DNA of 64,000 nt from Patescibacteria group bacterium (GTDB taxonomy: Bacteria; Patescibacteriota; Patescibacteriia; XYB2-FULL-38-15): NCBI GenBank assembly GCA_041650995.1, contig JBAZJZ010000001.1, forward strand, positions 299,302 through 363,301, in the 5' to 3' direction. Shown here one piece after another: positions 18,906-29,187 of this stretch (position 1 is its first letter; each line of letters begins with the position of its first letter). The notes under the pieces are model-generated. The model was not told the origin of the DNA, ran no database searches, and saw nothing but the letters and a program-made list of their open reading frames with translations. The position numbers were made by a program, and so were the translations under genes.

Positions 18906-19549
18906 AAACCATAATTCTAAAAATAAATTCTAAGAAACCAGAAAAAGAAAAAATAAAAACAGCCGCCTCTGTTCTTCGCCGAGGCGGTTTAGTTGCGTTT
19001 CCCACGGATACGGTTTACGGCCTAGCCGCTGACGCCACAAATTCAAAGGTAGTTAAAAAAATTTATAAAGTCAAAAAAAGACCGCTCGCAAATCCCCTGC
19101 CAATTTTAATCGCAAAAAAAAGTGATTTGAAAAAATATACGCTCGGCGCGCGTGGAAAAATTAAAAAATTAACTGATAAATTCTGGCCGGGGCCGTTGAC
19201 AATTGTCCTTGAAAAGAAAAAAATTATTTCTAACATAATTACTGCCGGAAAAAATTCCGTGGGCATTCGCGTGCCGGCAAATCCCATCGCGATAGCTATC
19301 ATTAACGCGCTCGGCCGACCTCTTGCCACAACTTCCGCAAATATTTCAAATAAAAAAAGTCCGACTACCTCGCGCGACGTAAAAAAATATTTGAACACAA
19401 AAATTGATCTTATTTTAGACGGTGGAAAAACCAAACTTGGCAAAGAATCAACTATTTTGGACTGCACGACTTCGCCGCCAACTATTCTCCGTCCCGGCGC
19501 AATTTCCAAAAATACGCTAGAAAAATTGATTGGAAAAATTAAAACATAA
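18902..19549 (+). CDS. tsaC: L-threonylcarbamoyladenylate synthase TsaC/YrdC
   Basis: VLRRGGLVAFPTDTVYGLAADA...KRP YrdC signature. Confidence 0.8.
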   Translation: MKTIILKINSKKPEKEKIKTAASVLRRGGLVAFPTDTVYGLAADATNSKVVKKIYKVKKRPLANPLPILIAKKSDLKKYTLGARGKIKKLTDKFWPGPLTIVLEKKKIISNIITAGKNSVGIRVPANPIAIAIINALGRPLATTSANISNKKSPTTSRDVKKYLNTKIDLILDGGKTKLGKESTILDCTTSPPTILRPGAISKNTLEKLIGKIKT

Positions 19550-19576
19550 AAACGGGCCTCGTGGCCCGTTTTTTTA
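19546..19576. terminator. bidirectional intrinsic terminator between the convergent tsaC gene and the small membrane protein gene
   Basis: aaaaacgggcc-tcgt-ggcccgttttttt. Confidence 0.7.
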
Positions 19577-19588
19577 TTAATACTACTT

Positions 19589-19951
19589 TTATCTAACAAA
19601 AATATTTACCAGAAATGCCGACAAGAGAATTACAAATAAATTCGCCACGGTAAAAAGGAGCATTTTAATCGCTTCTTTTTTCTTATCATTTAACCAAAGA
19701 TAAATCGGCCGACCAAAAACTAAAAGTCCGCACACAAGCGCCGAAAAAACAAAAAGCAAAAGGAATGCTACTGGTCCCCAAAAATTTTCCATCTGGCCAA
19801 AAATTTTCTCGCCGTTCGTTATAACCAAAACCACAAGCATCACATAGGCAAAAACTCCGATGGCGTTAACTGCCGACCACAACCAAATTTTTTGGTTCTT
19901 CATAAATTTTATTAAATTATTATTCTTTTTTAAGAGCAACAATCGGTTCAA
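19589..19951 (-). CDS. small membrane protein (120 aa)
   Basis: ORF track; three hydrophobic segments. Confidence 0.45.
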   Translation of the reverse strand: MNRLLLLKKNNNLIKFMKNQKIWLWSAVNAIGVFAYVMLVVLVITNGEKIFGQMENFWGPVAFLLLFVFSALVCGLLVFGRPIYLWLNDKKKEAIKMLLFTVANLFVILLSAFLVNIFVR

Positions 19952-21200
19952 GGCGCGCCGCGGCGCGAGCAGGATAAATTCCAGAAATTAAACCGACTAA
20001 AACAGAAACGCTAACTGCGAGAACAATATATTGCGGCGATAAATGAAATTGCCAGGCAAATCCCAAAGAATTAGCAATCACGCTCACAGCTAAGGAAATA
20101 AGCGTGCCTAAAATGGTTCCGGCCACGCCACCCAAAAAAGTTATACTAACAGCCTCTACTAAAAACTGATTTAAAATATCACGACTCTTCGCGCCAATGG
20201 CTTTACGCAATCCAATTTCAAAAGTCCGCTCGGCAACAGCAACATACATCACATTCATAATTCCTACGCCTCCGACAACAAGTGAAATACTAGCTAGGGC
20301 AAAAAGTAAAATTTTTATCGCGCCAGTAATTGTACCAAGTAACGCTAAACCTTCTGCCGCGGACATCACGGCAAAATCATCTTTTTTAGGATCGTCAATT
20401 TTATGCAATTCGCGCATTCTCGAGATAACATCTTCAACCGTAACTTCTGTGCGAGCAGTATCCTCAACTTGAATAAAAATAAATTGAATGTAATCTATGC
20501 CCAAAACTAATTTTTGTAAAGTACGCAATGGTAAAATGGCAATATCGTCAAAAGAAAAAACTCCGGCACTTCCCCTCTCTTTCATTACGCCAATAACCCT
20601 ATAATTTTGTTTCCCAATTTTTATCCGTTTCCCAATAGCATCTTCATCACCAAATAAATTTTTCTTGATATTACTGCCAAGAACAACAACTCGCGCCAGA
20701 CTTTTATCTTCCGCATCAGTGAAAAAACGACCCCTTTCTACTTCTCCGGAATCTATCGCGTCAAACGAAGATGTGACACCAAAAATTAAAGTTACTTTAT
20801 TCTGATCTTTATAGGAAAAAACTGCCTGGCCGGTCTGCCCGGAATAAATATCACGGACATTGGCAAGTTTCTTTAATTCGTCCGCATCTTTTTCTTTTAG
20901 AGTAGTAACCGTGACGCCCTGCGCCATACCAGCCACGTTTTCGCTTGAGACATGCCCTGTTGAGGGAACTTTTACTTCTACTTCAATGTAGTCTGTTCCA
21001 AACATTGTCACTTGCCCAATAATAAAGTCTTCAATGGCTCGTCCAGCTGAAAGCACGACAATCACGGCAGTAATGCCGACTGTAATGCCTAAAACAGTTA
21101 AAATAGTTCTGAGTTTATGCCGCAAAAGCGCGTCAGTGGCAATATTGATCGGTGTTTTTAAAAAAGAAAAATTCATTTTATTCGTAGCGCAAGGCTTCAA
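19920..21200 (-). CDS. ABC transporter permease, MacB/FtsX-like
   Basis: FtsX-type C-terminal TM bundle, large periplasmic domain, paired with the adjacent paralogue and ATPase. Confidence 0.8.
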   Translation of the reverse strand: MKPCATNKMNFSFLKTPINIATDALLRHKLRTILTVLGITVGITAVIVVLSAGRAIEDFIIGQVTMFGTDYIEVEVKVPSTGHVSSENVAGMAQGVTVTTLKEKDADELKKLANVRDIYSGQTGQAVFSYKDQNKVTLIFGVTSSFDAIDSGEVERGRFFTDAEDKSLARVVVLGSNIKKNLFGDEDAIGKRIKIGKQNYRVIGVMKERGSAGVFSFDDIAILPLRTLQKLVLGIDYIQFIFIQVEDTARTEVTVEDVISRMRELHKIDDPKKDDFAVMSAAEGLALLGTITGAIKILLFALASISLVVGGVGIMNVMYVAVAERTFEIGLRKAIGAKSRDILNQFLVEAVSITFLGGVAGTILGTLISLAVSVIANSLGFAWQFHLSPQYIVLAVSVSVLVGLISGIYPARAAARLEPIVALKKE

Positions 21201-22419
21201 TCGGATTTAATTTTGCCGCCCGCCGTGCCGGATAAATTCCAAATACTAGTCCTATTAAAATGGAAATCGAGCAAGCAAGCAAAATTGCTTTGTAAGAAAT
21301 TATAAGATCCCATTCGTAACCAAGCTGCCTGGCCACAAGAGCAACTAAAAAAGAAATCGAGATGCCAAAAATTATTCCGACAACCCCTCCGGACAAAGTG
21401 ACAACAATCGCTTCGGCTAAAAATTGGCTTAAAATATTTTTATTTTTAGCTCCCAGGGATTTTCGCAAACCGACTTCCCTGGTCCGCTCCACCACGGCGA
21501 TTAACATTATGTTCATAATTCCAATACCGCCGACTAAAAGAGATATCGCGGCAATAGCCGCTAAAAAATATGTCAGGGAATCGGTAATGGAAGAAAAAAT
21601 TTCAAGAGCCTGAGTTTGCGCCCTGAGACTAAAATCATCAGGTTCATTTTTCTCAAGTTTATGGCGGTCACGAAGAAGCGCCCTGATGTCAGCCACGGCT
21701 CGGTCAACGTTTTCCTCGGAATCTATTTGAACTCTGGCCAAAGAAACGTAATTAACGCCCAACATTATCTTCTGCGCAGTCGAAATCGGAATGAAAGATA
21801 GGGCATCTTGATTTTCAAACATTTGCGTACCCTGTTTTTCCATAACGCCAATTACTTTAAATTCTTCTTTTTTTATTTTAATATTTTTTCCAATAGGATT
21901 ATTATCTCCAAATAATTCTTCGGCAACATCTGATCCCAGCACAACTACCCTGGCCAGGCCCTTTTCTTCGTCCTCACTAAAAAAACGTCCGCTTGCTACC
22001 TCCGCGCCGTGCACTTTAGTATAACTCACCGTTGTTCCGACAAATGTTCCGTCATATTTTCTTTCCCGCCACTGGAAAGTTCCTACTCCGCGATTGTAAT
22101 AAGTCACAGCTATGGCATTCGGGACATTATTGTTTTTCAAAATCGCGTCGAGGTCGGCATTTTTTAAAGTAGTATTAACAATTCCAAGCGCCGACGGCGG
22201 CGGCCCCTCTTCTTCCGACGCGCCTGGAAAAATTCCGATTAAATTTGACCCCATTCCCTTTACTTGATTTAAAATCAAACTCTGCGCTCCACCACCCACG
22301 GAAACAATAATGATGACTGAGGCAATACCAATAATTATCCCGAGCATTGTCATAAATGTTCGGGATTTTTTTGTTTTAAGTCCGATGTAAGCAATGCGAA
22401 TTGTTGACTGCAAATCCAT
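21178..22419 (-). CDS. ABC transporter permease, MacB/FtsX-like (paralogue)
   Basis: Same architecture; the shared motif LRKSLGAKNKNILSQFLAEA corresponds to LRKAIGAKSRDILNQFLVEA in the neighbour. Confidence 0.8.
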   Translation of the reverse strand: MDLQSTIRIAYIGLKTKKSRTFMTMLGIIIGIASVIIIVSVGGGAQSLILNQVKGMGSNLIGIFPGASEEEGPPPSALGIVNTTLKNADLDAILKNNNVPNAIAVTYYNRGVGTFQWRERKYDGTFVGTTVSYTKVHGAEVASGRFFSEDEEKGLARVVVLGSDVAEELFGDNNPIGKNIKIKKEEFKVIGVMEKQGTQMFENQDALSFIPISTAQKIMLGVNYVSLARVQIDSEENVDRAVADIRALLRDRHKLEKNEPDDFSLRAQTQALEIFSSITDSLTYFLAAIAAISLLVGGIGIMNIMLIAVVERTREVGLRKSLGAKNKNILSQFLAEAIVVTLSGGVVGIIFGISISFLVALVARQLGYEWDLIISYKAILLACSISILIGLVFGIYPARRAAKLNPIEALRYE

Positions 22420-22423
22420 AGCA

Positions 22424-23155
22424 CTATTTTATTAAAACATCTTCGTTTCTAGCAAAAAGGCGCTGCTTAACCTCCTCGTCTGCCTGAACTGTCCCGTCCA
22501 TAACTTTTATAATACGCCGCGCGTGTTCGGCTGTATATTTTTCATGAGTGACAAGAATAATAGTTTTCCCCTTTTCATTCAAAGTTTGCAAAATTTCCAT
22601 AACTAATTTTCCACTTTTAGAATCAAGGTTGCCGGTCGGTTCGTCGGCAAAAATAACTTCTGGCTCAGTTACAAGCGCCCGGGCAATAGCCACTCTCTGT
22701 TTTTCGCCGCCCGATAATTGATTAGAAAGATTATCCATGCGGTGGTATAGCCCGACTGCCTTAATCGCCTCAACAATAGCCTCGTGCTGATCTTTTATTC
22801 TCTTTTTTTCATCGTAGAGAAGCGGAAGGCGGACGTTGTCATACACGGAAGTTTTGGGTAAAAGATTGAAAGACTGAAAAATAAAACCTATCTTCTCGTT
22901 TCTAATTACGGCTAGTTCATCATCAGTAAATTGTGCTCCATCCTTACCCTCAAAAAAATATTGTCCGCAGGTTTGCCTCTCCAAAAAACCTAAAATCTGC
23001 ATCAGAGTTGATTTTCCCGAACCGGACGGCCCCATAATCGCGACAAACTCCCCTCTCCTAATTTCAAGGTCAATGTTATGCAGAACCTTAGTGATTACTC
23101 CATCGTTATCGTATTCTTTGCAAAGATGAATAGTTTTTATAAGCGGCTGTTCCAT
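22424..23155 (-). CDS. ABC transporter ATP-binding protein (MacB/LolD-type)
   Basis: Walker [10 protein letters not shown], signature [15 protein letters not shown], Walker B IIFADEPT. Confidence 0.9.
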   Translation of the reverse strand: MEQPLIKTIHLCKEYDNDGVITKVLHNIDLEIRRGEFVAIMGPSGSGKSTLMQILGFLERQTCGQYFFEGKDGAQFTDDELAVIRNEKIGFIFQSFNLLPKTSVYDNVRLPLLYDEKKRIKDQHEAIVEAIKAVGLYHRMDNLSNQLSGGEKQRVAIARALVTEPEVIFADEPTGNLDSKSGKLVMEILQTLNEKGKTIILVTHEKYTAEHARRIIKVMDGTVQADEEVKQRLFARNEDVLIK

Positions 23156-23156
23156 A

Positions 23157-25025
23157 TTAAGGTTTTTTCTCTAAAATAATAACTTTGTCTCCGACCGAGA
23201 GGCCCGAAATAACCTCTACCTCGCCTTCATCGCCGCGCAAACCCACCTCCACGTCTTTCTCTATCGGTTTGCCATCTACGAGAATTTTTACAAATTGTCT
23301 GCCATTTTCATCTTCTTCAAGCGCCCGATAAGGCATAGTCAAAACATTTTCCCGACTTGCTGTTAAAATATCGCAGTTTGCCGTCATGCCAATTTTTATT
23401 TCATAAGTTGATTCATCTATTTCCGCTTTAACTTTATAATAAACAACGTCTTGAATAACTGTTTCCGCCGGATAAACTAAAATTACCTGACCATTAAACT
23501 TGACACTATCAGGGTAGGCATCAAGCGTTATGGAAACTTTATTTCCAACTTTAACCTTGGCGATATCAGATTCGGGAATATCAACCTCAACATAAAATTT
23601 ATTTTTTCCAAGCATAGAAACAACAGCCTTTGTTAAACTTAGCTGCTCGCCCACACTATAATTCACAAATGTTATTTTTCCATCAGTTGGAGCTTTCAGG
23701 ATATAATCATCGAGCTGGCTTCTATAAAATTGGAGCGAAGCGCTCGCCTGCGCGACCTGGGCACGATAATAAGATACGTCTACTGTGCGTGGTGTGGCTG
23801 TTTTATAATCACGTTGGGCTTTAGCTAAATTATAAGAACCCAGGGCGCTATCCACAATAGCCTTTGAACTTGCGAGTTGAACATCTTTACTCGCCATAGC
23901 CGTGGAAAGATTTGTTCTCGCGGCTGTAAGAGTATTGTTAGCGGTATTTACTGCCGCCTGATAAGTATCAATCTGCGTTTGATAATTATTTTCCGCATTT
24001 AAAAGAGCCTGCTGAGCTGACTGAACCGCCGATAAGGCCGTAGAAATTGAAGTTTGATCTGTCTTAACATTTGTTTTTACTGATTCAATTGTCGTCAACT
24101 CTCCTGGATTGCCGGCCGCGGCCGTAGAAACTGCCGCTAAAAGATGAGAAAGTGAAGTTAAAATTTTATTCAATGTGGAACTGACCTGGCTCAAAGCCAA
24201 ACGCACGTCATCTTTACTTTCAGTTATTTTTGCCAAAGCTAAAGTTGATTTGGCAATACCCGATTCATTAACAGCCATCGCCCTATCATTGTCGGCGGCG
24301 TAAATTTCTTGCTGATTAGCCGTAATGCCGCTTCTTACAATTGATAAATTATAATTGATGTTATTCAAAACTATATCACCCAAAAGTAAGTTTGTTTCCA
24401 TGGCAACAATTGCGCTACTTCTGGAATTTACAACTGCCTGATCGTAATAAACTTTTGCGTTTTCCAAATTTTTCCAGCTATCAGCGAGCGAAGTCTCCGC
24501 CGAAGTTACGGCTTTTTCATAACCATCTATATCTTTATCCAATTTTGCCGCCAGGGCATCGTAATCGCGTTTAGCATTTTCATAAGCAATTTTGGCGTTA
24601 TTAACTGTCTCTTCGGAAATTTTAATGTCTTCAGAGCTGGCCCCAGCTAAAATTTTATTTAAATTAGAAACAGCCGAAGATAAACTAGCCTGGGCTTGCG
24701 CCACCTGCGCCTGAGCCGCGCGATTATCAAGACGGGCTAAAACTTGGCCAGTCTTAACTTCATCGTCTTCGCTCACGGAAATCTCGGTCAGCGTTCCCGT
24801 TACTTTAAAATTTAAATCAATTTTTTCAGAAGTAGTAACCGCGCCTGTCGCCGAGACCGTCTGGCTTACGTTACTCATCTTGGCTTCTTCGGTAACATAC
24901 TCAATTTTGTTAGCCTTCATCGCGGCATTAACAAAATATGAACCGCCAAGAATGGCTATAACTAAAATTATCCAAAAAGTCTTTTTTTTGACTAAAGACT
25001 GTAAAAAACTAAATACTTTTCCCAT
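23157..25025 (-). CDS. HlyD-family periplasmic adaptor (membrane fusion protein), unusually long coiled-coil
   Basis: N-terminal TM, long Ala/Gln-rich coiled-coil, C-terminal beta-barrel region; operonic with the ABC components. Confidence 0.7.
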   Translation of the reverse strand: MGKVFSFLQSLVKKKTFWIILVIAILGGSYFVNAAMKANKIEYVTEEAKMSNVSQTVSATGAVTTSEKIDLNFKVTGTLTEISVSEDDEVKTGQVLARLDNRAAQAQVAQAQASLSSAVSNLNKILAGASSEDIKISEETVNNAKIAYENAKRDYDALAAKLDKDIDGYEKAVTSAETSLADSWKNLENAKVYYDQAVVNSRSSAIVAMETNLLLGDIVLNNINYNLSIVRSGITANQQEIYAADNDRAMAVNESGIAKSTLALAKITESKDDVRLALSQVSSTLNKILTSLSHLLAAVSTAAAGNPGELTTIESVKTNVKTDQTSISTALSAVQSAQQALLNAENNYQTQIDTYQAAVNTANNTLTAARTNLSTAMASKDVQLASSKAIVDSALGSYNLAKAQRDYKTATPRTVDVSYYRAQVAQASASLQFYRSQLDDYILKAPTDGKITFVNYSVGEQLSLTKAVVSMLGKNKFYVEVDIPESDIAKVKVGNKVSITLDAYPDSVKFNGQVILVYPAETVIQDVVYYKVKAEIDESTYEIKIGMTANCDILTASRENVLTMPYRALEEDENGRQFVKILVDGKPIEKDVEVGLRGDEGEVEVISGLSVGDKVIILEKKP

Positions 25026-25074
25026 ATAATTTATAAATAATTATTATTTACATTATTATATCACTAATATCTCT

Positions 25075-25314
25075 TCACGTCTTTTTATATTTTTTTATTT
25101 TTTTTAATACTCCCGTCATTTCATTAATAAGGGCATTAAATTTTTCTGGCTTAATCATGGCGACAATTTCATCATCGTGGGCGAAAACGAAAAATTTTTC
25201 CCCAGAATGGGTTTTCATCACAGATCGGACTTCCTTCGGAATGACAATCTGACCACGTTCTCCGACCGTGGTCACTCCATAAAATTTAAAATCGCTTGGT
25301 GAAAAGTGTGACAT
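25075..25314 (-). CDS. AbrB/MazE/SpoVT-family DNA-binding protein
   Basis: GVTTVGERGQIVIPKEVR looped-hinge helix motif. Confidence 0.7.
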   Translation of the reverse strand: MSHFSPSDFKFYGVTTVGERGQIVIPKEVRSVMKTHSGEKFFVFAHDDEIVAMIKPEKFNALINEMTGVLKKIKKYKKT

Positions 25315-25420
25315 AAAATTTTATAATTAGATTTGAAAAGTATGATTTATCATATTTTTGATAATATCAAAAGAACCGCATCGTGTCAATACGGTTCTTG
25401 TGGATAAATTTTATAAAAAA

Positions 25421-25651
25421 TTATTTCTTTTCAACTACTAAGGTACATTTGGTAAGTACGCCCGCAACGGCGCCGACAGCGGCTAAAATCGGAAGAAGAA
25501 CTGCGCCAACCACGACAAAAGTGAGAGGAATTTCGATTATTGTCTCCCCTTTTTCACTTTTGATAATAATTTTTCGGGCGTTTCCCTCCTTGATAATTTC
25601 TTTAATTTTTTTCAAAATTTCTTCGCCGGAAATTTTAAATTCTTCAGTCAT
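25421..25651 (-). CDS. small membrane-associated hypothetical protein (76 aa)
   Basis: ORF track. Confidence 0.4.
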   Translation of the reverse strand: MTEEFKISGEEILKKIKEIIKEGNARKIIIKSEKGETIIEIPLTFVVVGAVLLPILAAVGAVAGVLTKCTLVVEKK

Positions 25652-25666
25652 AAAAATACAAATAAA

Positions 25667-25933
25667 TTATTTATGCTGTTTATTTTTTATGTCAAATTTA
25701 ATGGTAATTATCGTTCCCGCAAAAGCTCCGAGCGCCGCTGGAATCAAATACCACCTGTTATCAACATAAGCCAAAACAACGAGGCCACCTAGAAGAACAA
25801 TGAGCGAGGAAAAAGCCGCCGCGGAAATCGCTTTACCCTTGCTTGTTCGGCGAATATAAAAAACCCAGAGAACATCGGAGGCCGCAGTAGCCAAAAAAAT
25901 TAAAATTACTTCAAACCAGTTAATCTCCGACAT
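25667..25933 (-). CDS. small membrane protein (88 aa)
   Basis: ORF track; two TM helices. Confidence 0.4.
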   Translation of the reverse strand: MSEINWFEVILIFLATAASDVLWVFYIRRTSKGKAISAAAFSSLIVLLGGLVVLAYVDNRWYLIPAALGAFAGTIITIKFDIKNKQHK

Positions 25934-25944
25934 AATTAAATAAA

Positions 25945-26526
25945 TTATTTTTTAGTTTCTAAAATTATCGTCTTTAAACTTAACTCGCCCTCGCCGACCT
26001 GAACTGATACCGGCCCGGGCGGCGGCATAAGGTCTGCCGGAAAATTACCCTGGTTAAAATAAATCACGTAATCACCCGGTTTGATTTTAAAAGTAGCGAC
26101 TCCATCCGCGTTCGTATTTCTAAATCCCCCCTGAGGCGGCTGGCCAGTTTCCTTGGCCACATCAACTTCAATGTTAACCACGGGCGCGCCGTTCTGCCGC
26201 ATGACGGTTACTTGTAACTCCGCGTCTCCACTGATATTTTCCGGCATCACACCGCGTCCTAAACTAAAAAGAAGAAACAACAGCAACAATAAGAGAACAA
26301 CATCCAGTCTGAATCTTATTTTTGTCGTCACCAAAAAATATACGCTGACGGCAATTGATGGAATGGCAAAAACGACGAATGGCGACATTATATAAAAATA
26401 CGCGACCGTTATAAAATCTTGGTTAGCTAATATCGGCGTAATAAAAAATAACCAAACCAAAATCAGCAAACCAAAAACGAATCTAGCATACTTGATGATT
26501 TTTACTTTCTGCTCAGACGAAATCAT
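25945..26526 (-). CDS. membrane protein with C-terminal carboxypeptidase-regulatory-like beta domain
   Basis: Polytopic N-terminus and C-terminal TNADGVATFKIKPGDYVIYF beta-sandwich-like region. Confidence 0.45.
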   Translation of the reverse strand: MISSEQKVKIIKYARFVFGLLILVWLFFITPILANQDFITVAYFYIMSPFVVFAIPSIAVSVYFLVTTKIRFRLDVVLLLLLLFLLFSLGRGVMPENISGDAELQVTVMRQNGAPVVNIEVDVAKETGQPPQGGFRNTNADGVATFKIKPGDYVIYFNQGNFPADLMPPPGPVSVQVGEGELSLKTIILETKK

Positions 26527-26536
26527 AAAATTAAAG

Positions 26537-27001
26537 TTAATGAATATTTTCCAGATTATTTTTAATTCTATCTGTTAAAAATCTAGAAAAAGCAAGATAA
26601 TCACTTATTGTTCGGCTGTCCACAAAATCAGACCACAAATTTTCCAGGGCGATTTTATCCTGCTTGTCGGTTAATTTCTTAATTTGTGCTTCAATTTCCT
26701 CAACCTCAGAACTGCCAAGCGAGGCAACCTTTATGTCTCCTGCAACTAAAAAGGTTTCAGATGAATCCTTAAGGAGCGACGCGCTAAATTTTGCTTTTTC
26801 CAAACTCTGATCAATCAAGTTGCGAAGTCGATCCAATTCTTCTATATTTCGTTGTAATTCATTTTCTGTTCGTGCCAAATCGTCTCGCGTTATCGCTAAT
26901 TTTTCTTTGTCCACTCCTCCCTGCCAATAAAAATAACCGGCAACAGAAATTGCTAAAACCGCGACAACAATCGCGATTATCAAGTAAATTCTTTGATTCA
27001 T
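26537..27001 (-). CDS. hypothetical coiled-coil protein with N-terminal TM anchor
   Basis: ORF track. Confidence 0.45.
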   Translation of the reverse strand: MNQRIYLIIAIVVAVLAISVAGYFYWQGGVDKEKLAITRDDLARTENELQRNIEELDRLRNLIDQSLEKAKFSASLLKDSSETFLVAGDIKVASLGSSEVEEIEAQIKKLTDKQDKIALENLWSDFVDSRTISDYLAFSRFLTDRIKNNLENIH

Positions 27002-27043
27002 AATAAAATCGATTAACTTTATACCCGATTTTTAAAGACCACT

Positions 27044-27256
27044 CTACGCCCCAAGCACAGAGAATACTCTGTATGCCAAAAACGCCGGCCAAACTATTGC
27101 TTTTAATACTCCCAGCACACCCGCCCAAAAACCGTGTGATTGCTGTACAAAATAAACAGCCGTGCCAATTACGGTTAAAAAATAAAATCCACAAATTGAA
27201 CCACGGGGACCACGCCATTTACGATAATCGCATTTTTCATTTTTTTCATTTTCCAT
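27044..27256 (-). CDS. small membrane protein (70 aa)
   Basis: ORF track. Confidence 0.35.
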   Translation of the reverse strand: MENEKNEKCDYRKWRGPRGSICGFYFLTVIGTAVYFVQQSHGFWAGVLGVLKAIVWPAFLAYRVFSVLGA

Positions 27257-27298
27257 AATTTTTTTATTAATAATTTTTCTACGTAATGTATATTTATC

Positions 27299-27345
27299 AA
27301 AACGGAGAGGGCGAGATTCGGGCTCCTCGGCGCAAGGTCGGCCGC
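27299..27345 (-). repeat. 3'-half pseudo-copy of tRNA-Ser (att-site scar)
   Basis: aaaacggagagggcgagattcg is identical at 27299-27320 and 27417-27438. The homology continues through a variable-arm-like ccttgcgccgagg. Confidence 0.6.
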
Positions 27346-27420
27346 AACGGGCCAGCGGTGTGAGTTCTCATCAAAACCCTCAATTTTTTTCAAATCTGCC
27401 AAAGGGCAAATTTGTAAAAA

Positions 27421-27505
27421 CGGAGAGGGCGAGATTCGAACTCGCGATACCTTGCGGTATGCACGCTTTCCAAGCGTGTGCACTAGGCCACTATGCGACC
27501 TCTCC
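27421..27505 (-). tRNA. tRNA-Ser (anticodon GGA), class II with long variable arm
   Basis: Reverse complement ggagaggtcgcatagtggcctagtgcacacgctTGGAAagcgtgcataccgcaaggtatcgcgagttcgaatctcgccctctccg. Confidence 0.9.
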
Positions 27506-27588
27506 ACATTTTACAATTTTAATCTATTTCTTTATAAAAATCAAACTCCCGCCAATCGCGGCGGGAGTTTTTATCGCTATAAAACCTA

Positions 27589-28338
27589 TTATAAATAGCT
27601 ATCAATAATTTGCTTAAATTGCTCATAAGGAACCGCTCCGCTCACCAACTCTCCGTTCACGAAAGTCGCGGGCGTACCTTCCACTCCGGCGGCTAATCCC
27701 TCTTCTTCTTCAGCGGCAATTTTACTCGCGTATTTTCCGGAATCTAAACATTCATTAAATTTCTTTGTATTCAACCCAAGATTTTTTGCTTCCGCTTTCC
27801 ATTTATCCACGCCCATTGTTCCGGCTTCGTTAGCCGCAAATATTTTATCATACATTTCCCAAAATTTTCCTTGCTCGGCCGCGCATTCTGAAGCTTCAGC
27901 CGCTTTTTGTGCGTTCGCATGGAAAGAAAGCGGATAATGACGAAAAACAACTCTCACCTTATCGCCGTAATTTTCCATAATTTGGTCCGTAGTTTTTTTA
28001 TGGTTTGCGCAATAAGGACATTCAAAATCAGAATATTCAATTAAAGTCACTTTGGCATTTGCGGAACCCTTCACGTGGTCATCAGAAGTCACGGCCGGCA
28101 CTGGGGTATATGACACTTCCGTCGGTTCGTTCGCGACAGGCTGATTAACATTTACTACGGCGTTTGTGTTATTATTTCCATTCTCTTTAGCCAAATTTAT
28201 CCCCTGCCCAGAAAAAGCCAAAGCAAAAAAACCAACTAAGGCGAATGTGCTCATCCCGGCGATTCCGCACATAAGTCCAAGAAAAAAAGATGTTCGCCGC
28301 GTTCCATTTACTAAGTCATTATTCATTTGATCATTCAT
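27589..28338 (-). CDS. DsbA-like thiol:disulfide oxidoreductase (thioredoxin fold, CPYC)
   Basis: FECPYCANH active site; N-terminal TM anchor. Confidence 0.75.
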   Translation of the reverse strand: MNDQMNNDLVNGTRRTSFFLGLMCGIAGMSTFALVGFFALAFSGQGINLAKENGNNNTNAVVNVNQPVANEPTEVSYTPVPAVTSDDHVKGSANAKVTLIEYSDFECPYCANHKKTTDQIMENYGDKVRVVFRHYPLSFHANAQKAAEASECAAEQGKFWEMYDKIFAANEAGTMGVDKWKAEAKNLGLNTKKFNECLDSGKYASKIAAEEEEGLAAGVEGTPATFVNGELVSGAVPYEQFKQIIDSYL

Positions 28339-28403
28339 AAATTTTAATTAAAAAAATTAATGTTTAATGAGTTAAAAAATTTTACTATAAATATCTGCCG
28401 CTG

Positions 28404-29180
28404 TCAAATTGCACTTTTACTATCAACTTTATTGCGGCGTTTTAATTTGTAAAATAACCAAATTCCGCCCGCCGACAAAATTATTGATAAATACTGCGCT
28501 AAGGTTAATCCAAGGTATCTCGGATCAGAACCGACTAAATCTTCTGCTCGAAAAAAATCCAAGAAAAAACGAACTGCTCCGTAAAAAATGGCAAAGGTTG
28601 AGACGTAAAAACCCGTGAACCGTTCTTTGCGCCGCAAAAATAAAAATATCAAAAAAATAGCTAGACCAAGTAGGGCGTCATATAATCCTAAATCATGGCG
28701 AACGCCGTCAGGAAAATTTACTCCTAAAAAAAATTCTGTTTTTATCCCAGGATGATCGTGAATTGAAAAGCACCCCAGTCGCCCGATAAAAAGCCCGAGT
28801 GGTAAACCGAAGGCCACTGCGTCGGCATATTGCCAAAAATCTAGTTTATATTTTTTTAAATAAATCACTGCGGCAAAAATAGCACCAAAAAATCCCCCAT
28901 AAACCGACATTCCGCCGTGCCATAATTTTAAAATCTCAAGCGGCGCGGCAGAATAAAAATTCAAGTGTTCCACGACAAAAAATATTCGACCGCCGATTAA
29001 AGCAGACAAAATTATCCAAAAAGCTAAATCATAAATGCGATTGGCGTCCAGTTTTCTTTTCTTTAATTCAAAGTAAGCGACAACCATTCCGATAACAAAA
29101 CCCAAGGATACAAAAATTCCCCAAACATTCAATTTCAGAAAACCCAAATAAATTGAGTGATATTCAAACCAAGGAATCAT
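28404..29180 (-). CDS. lgt: prolipoprotein diacylglyceryl transferase
   Basis: GGRIFFVVEH and GLFIGRLGCFSIHDHPG, corresponding to the Lgt signature GRIGNFINGE. Confidence 0.7.
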   Translation of the reverse strand: MIPWFEYHSIYLGFLKLNVWGIFVSLGFVIGMVVAYFELKKRKLDANRIYDLAFWIILSALIGGRIFFVVEHLNFYSAAPLEILKLWHGGMSVYGGFFGAIFAAVIYLKKYKLDFWQYADAVAFGLPLGLFIGRLGCFSIHDHPGIKTEFFLGVNFPDGVRHDLGLYDALLGLAIFLIFLFLRRKERFTGFYVSTFAIFYGAVRFFLDFFRAEDLVGSDPRYLGLTLAQYLSIILSAGGIWLFYKLKRRNKVDSKSAI

Positions 29181-29187
29181 ATTGACC

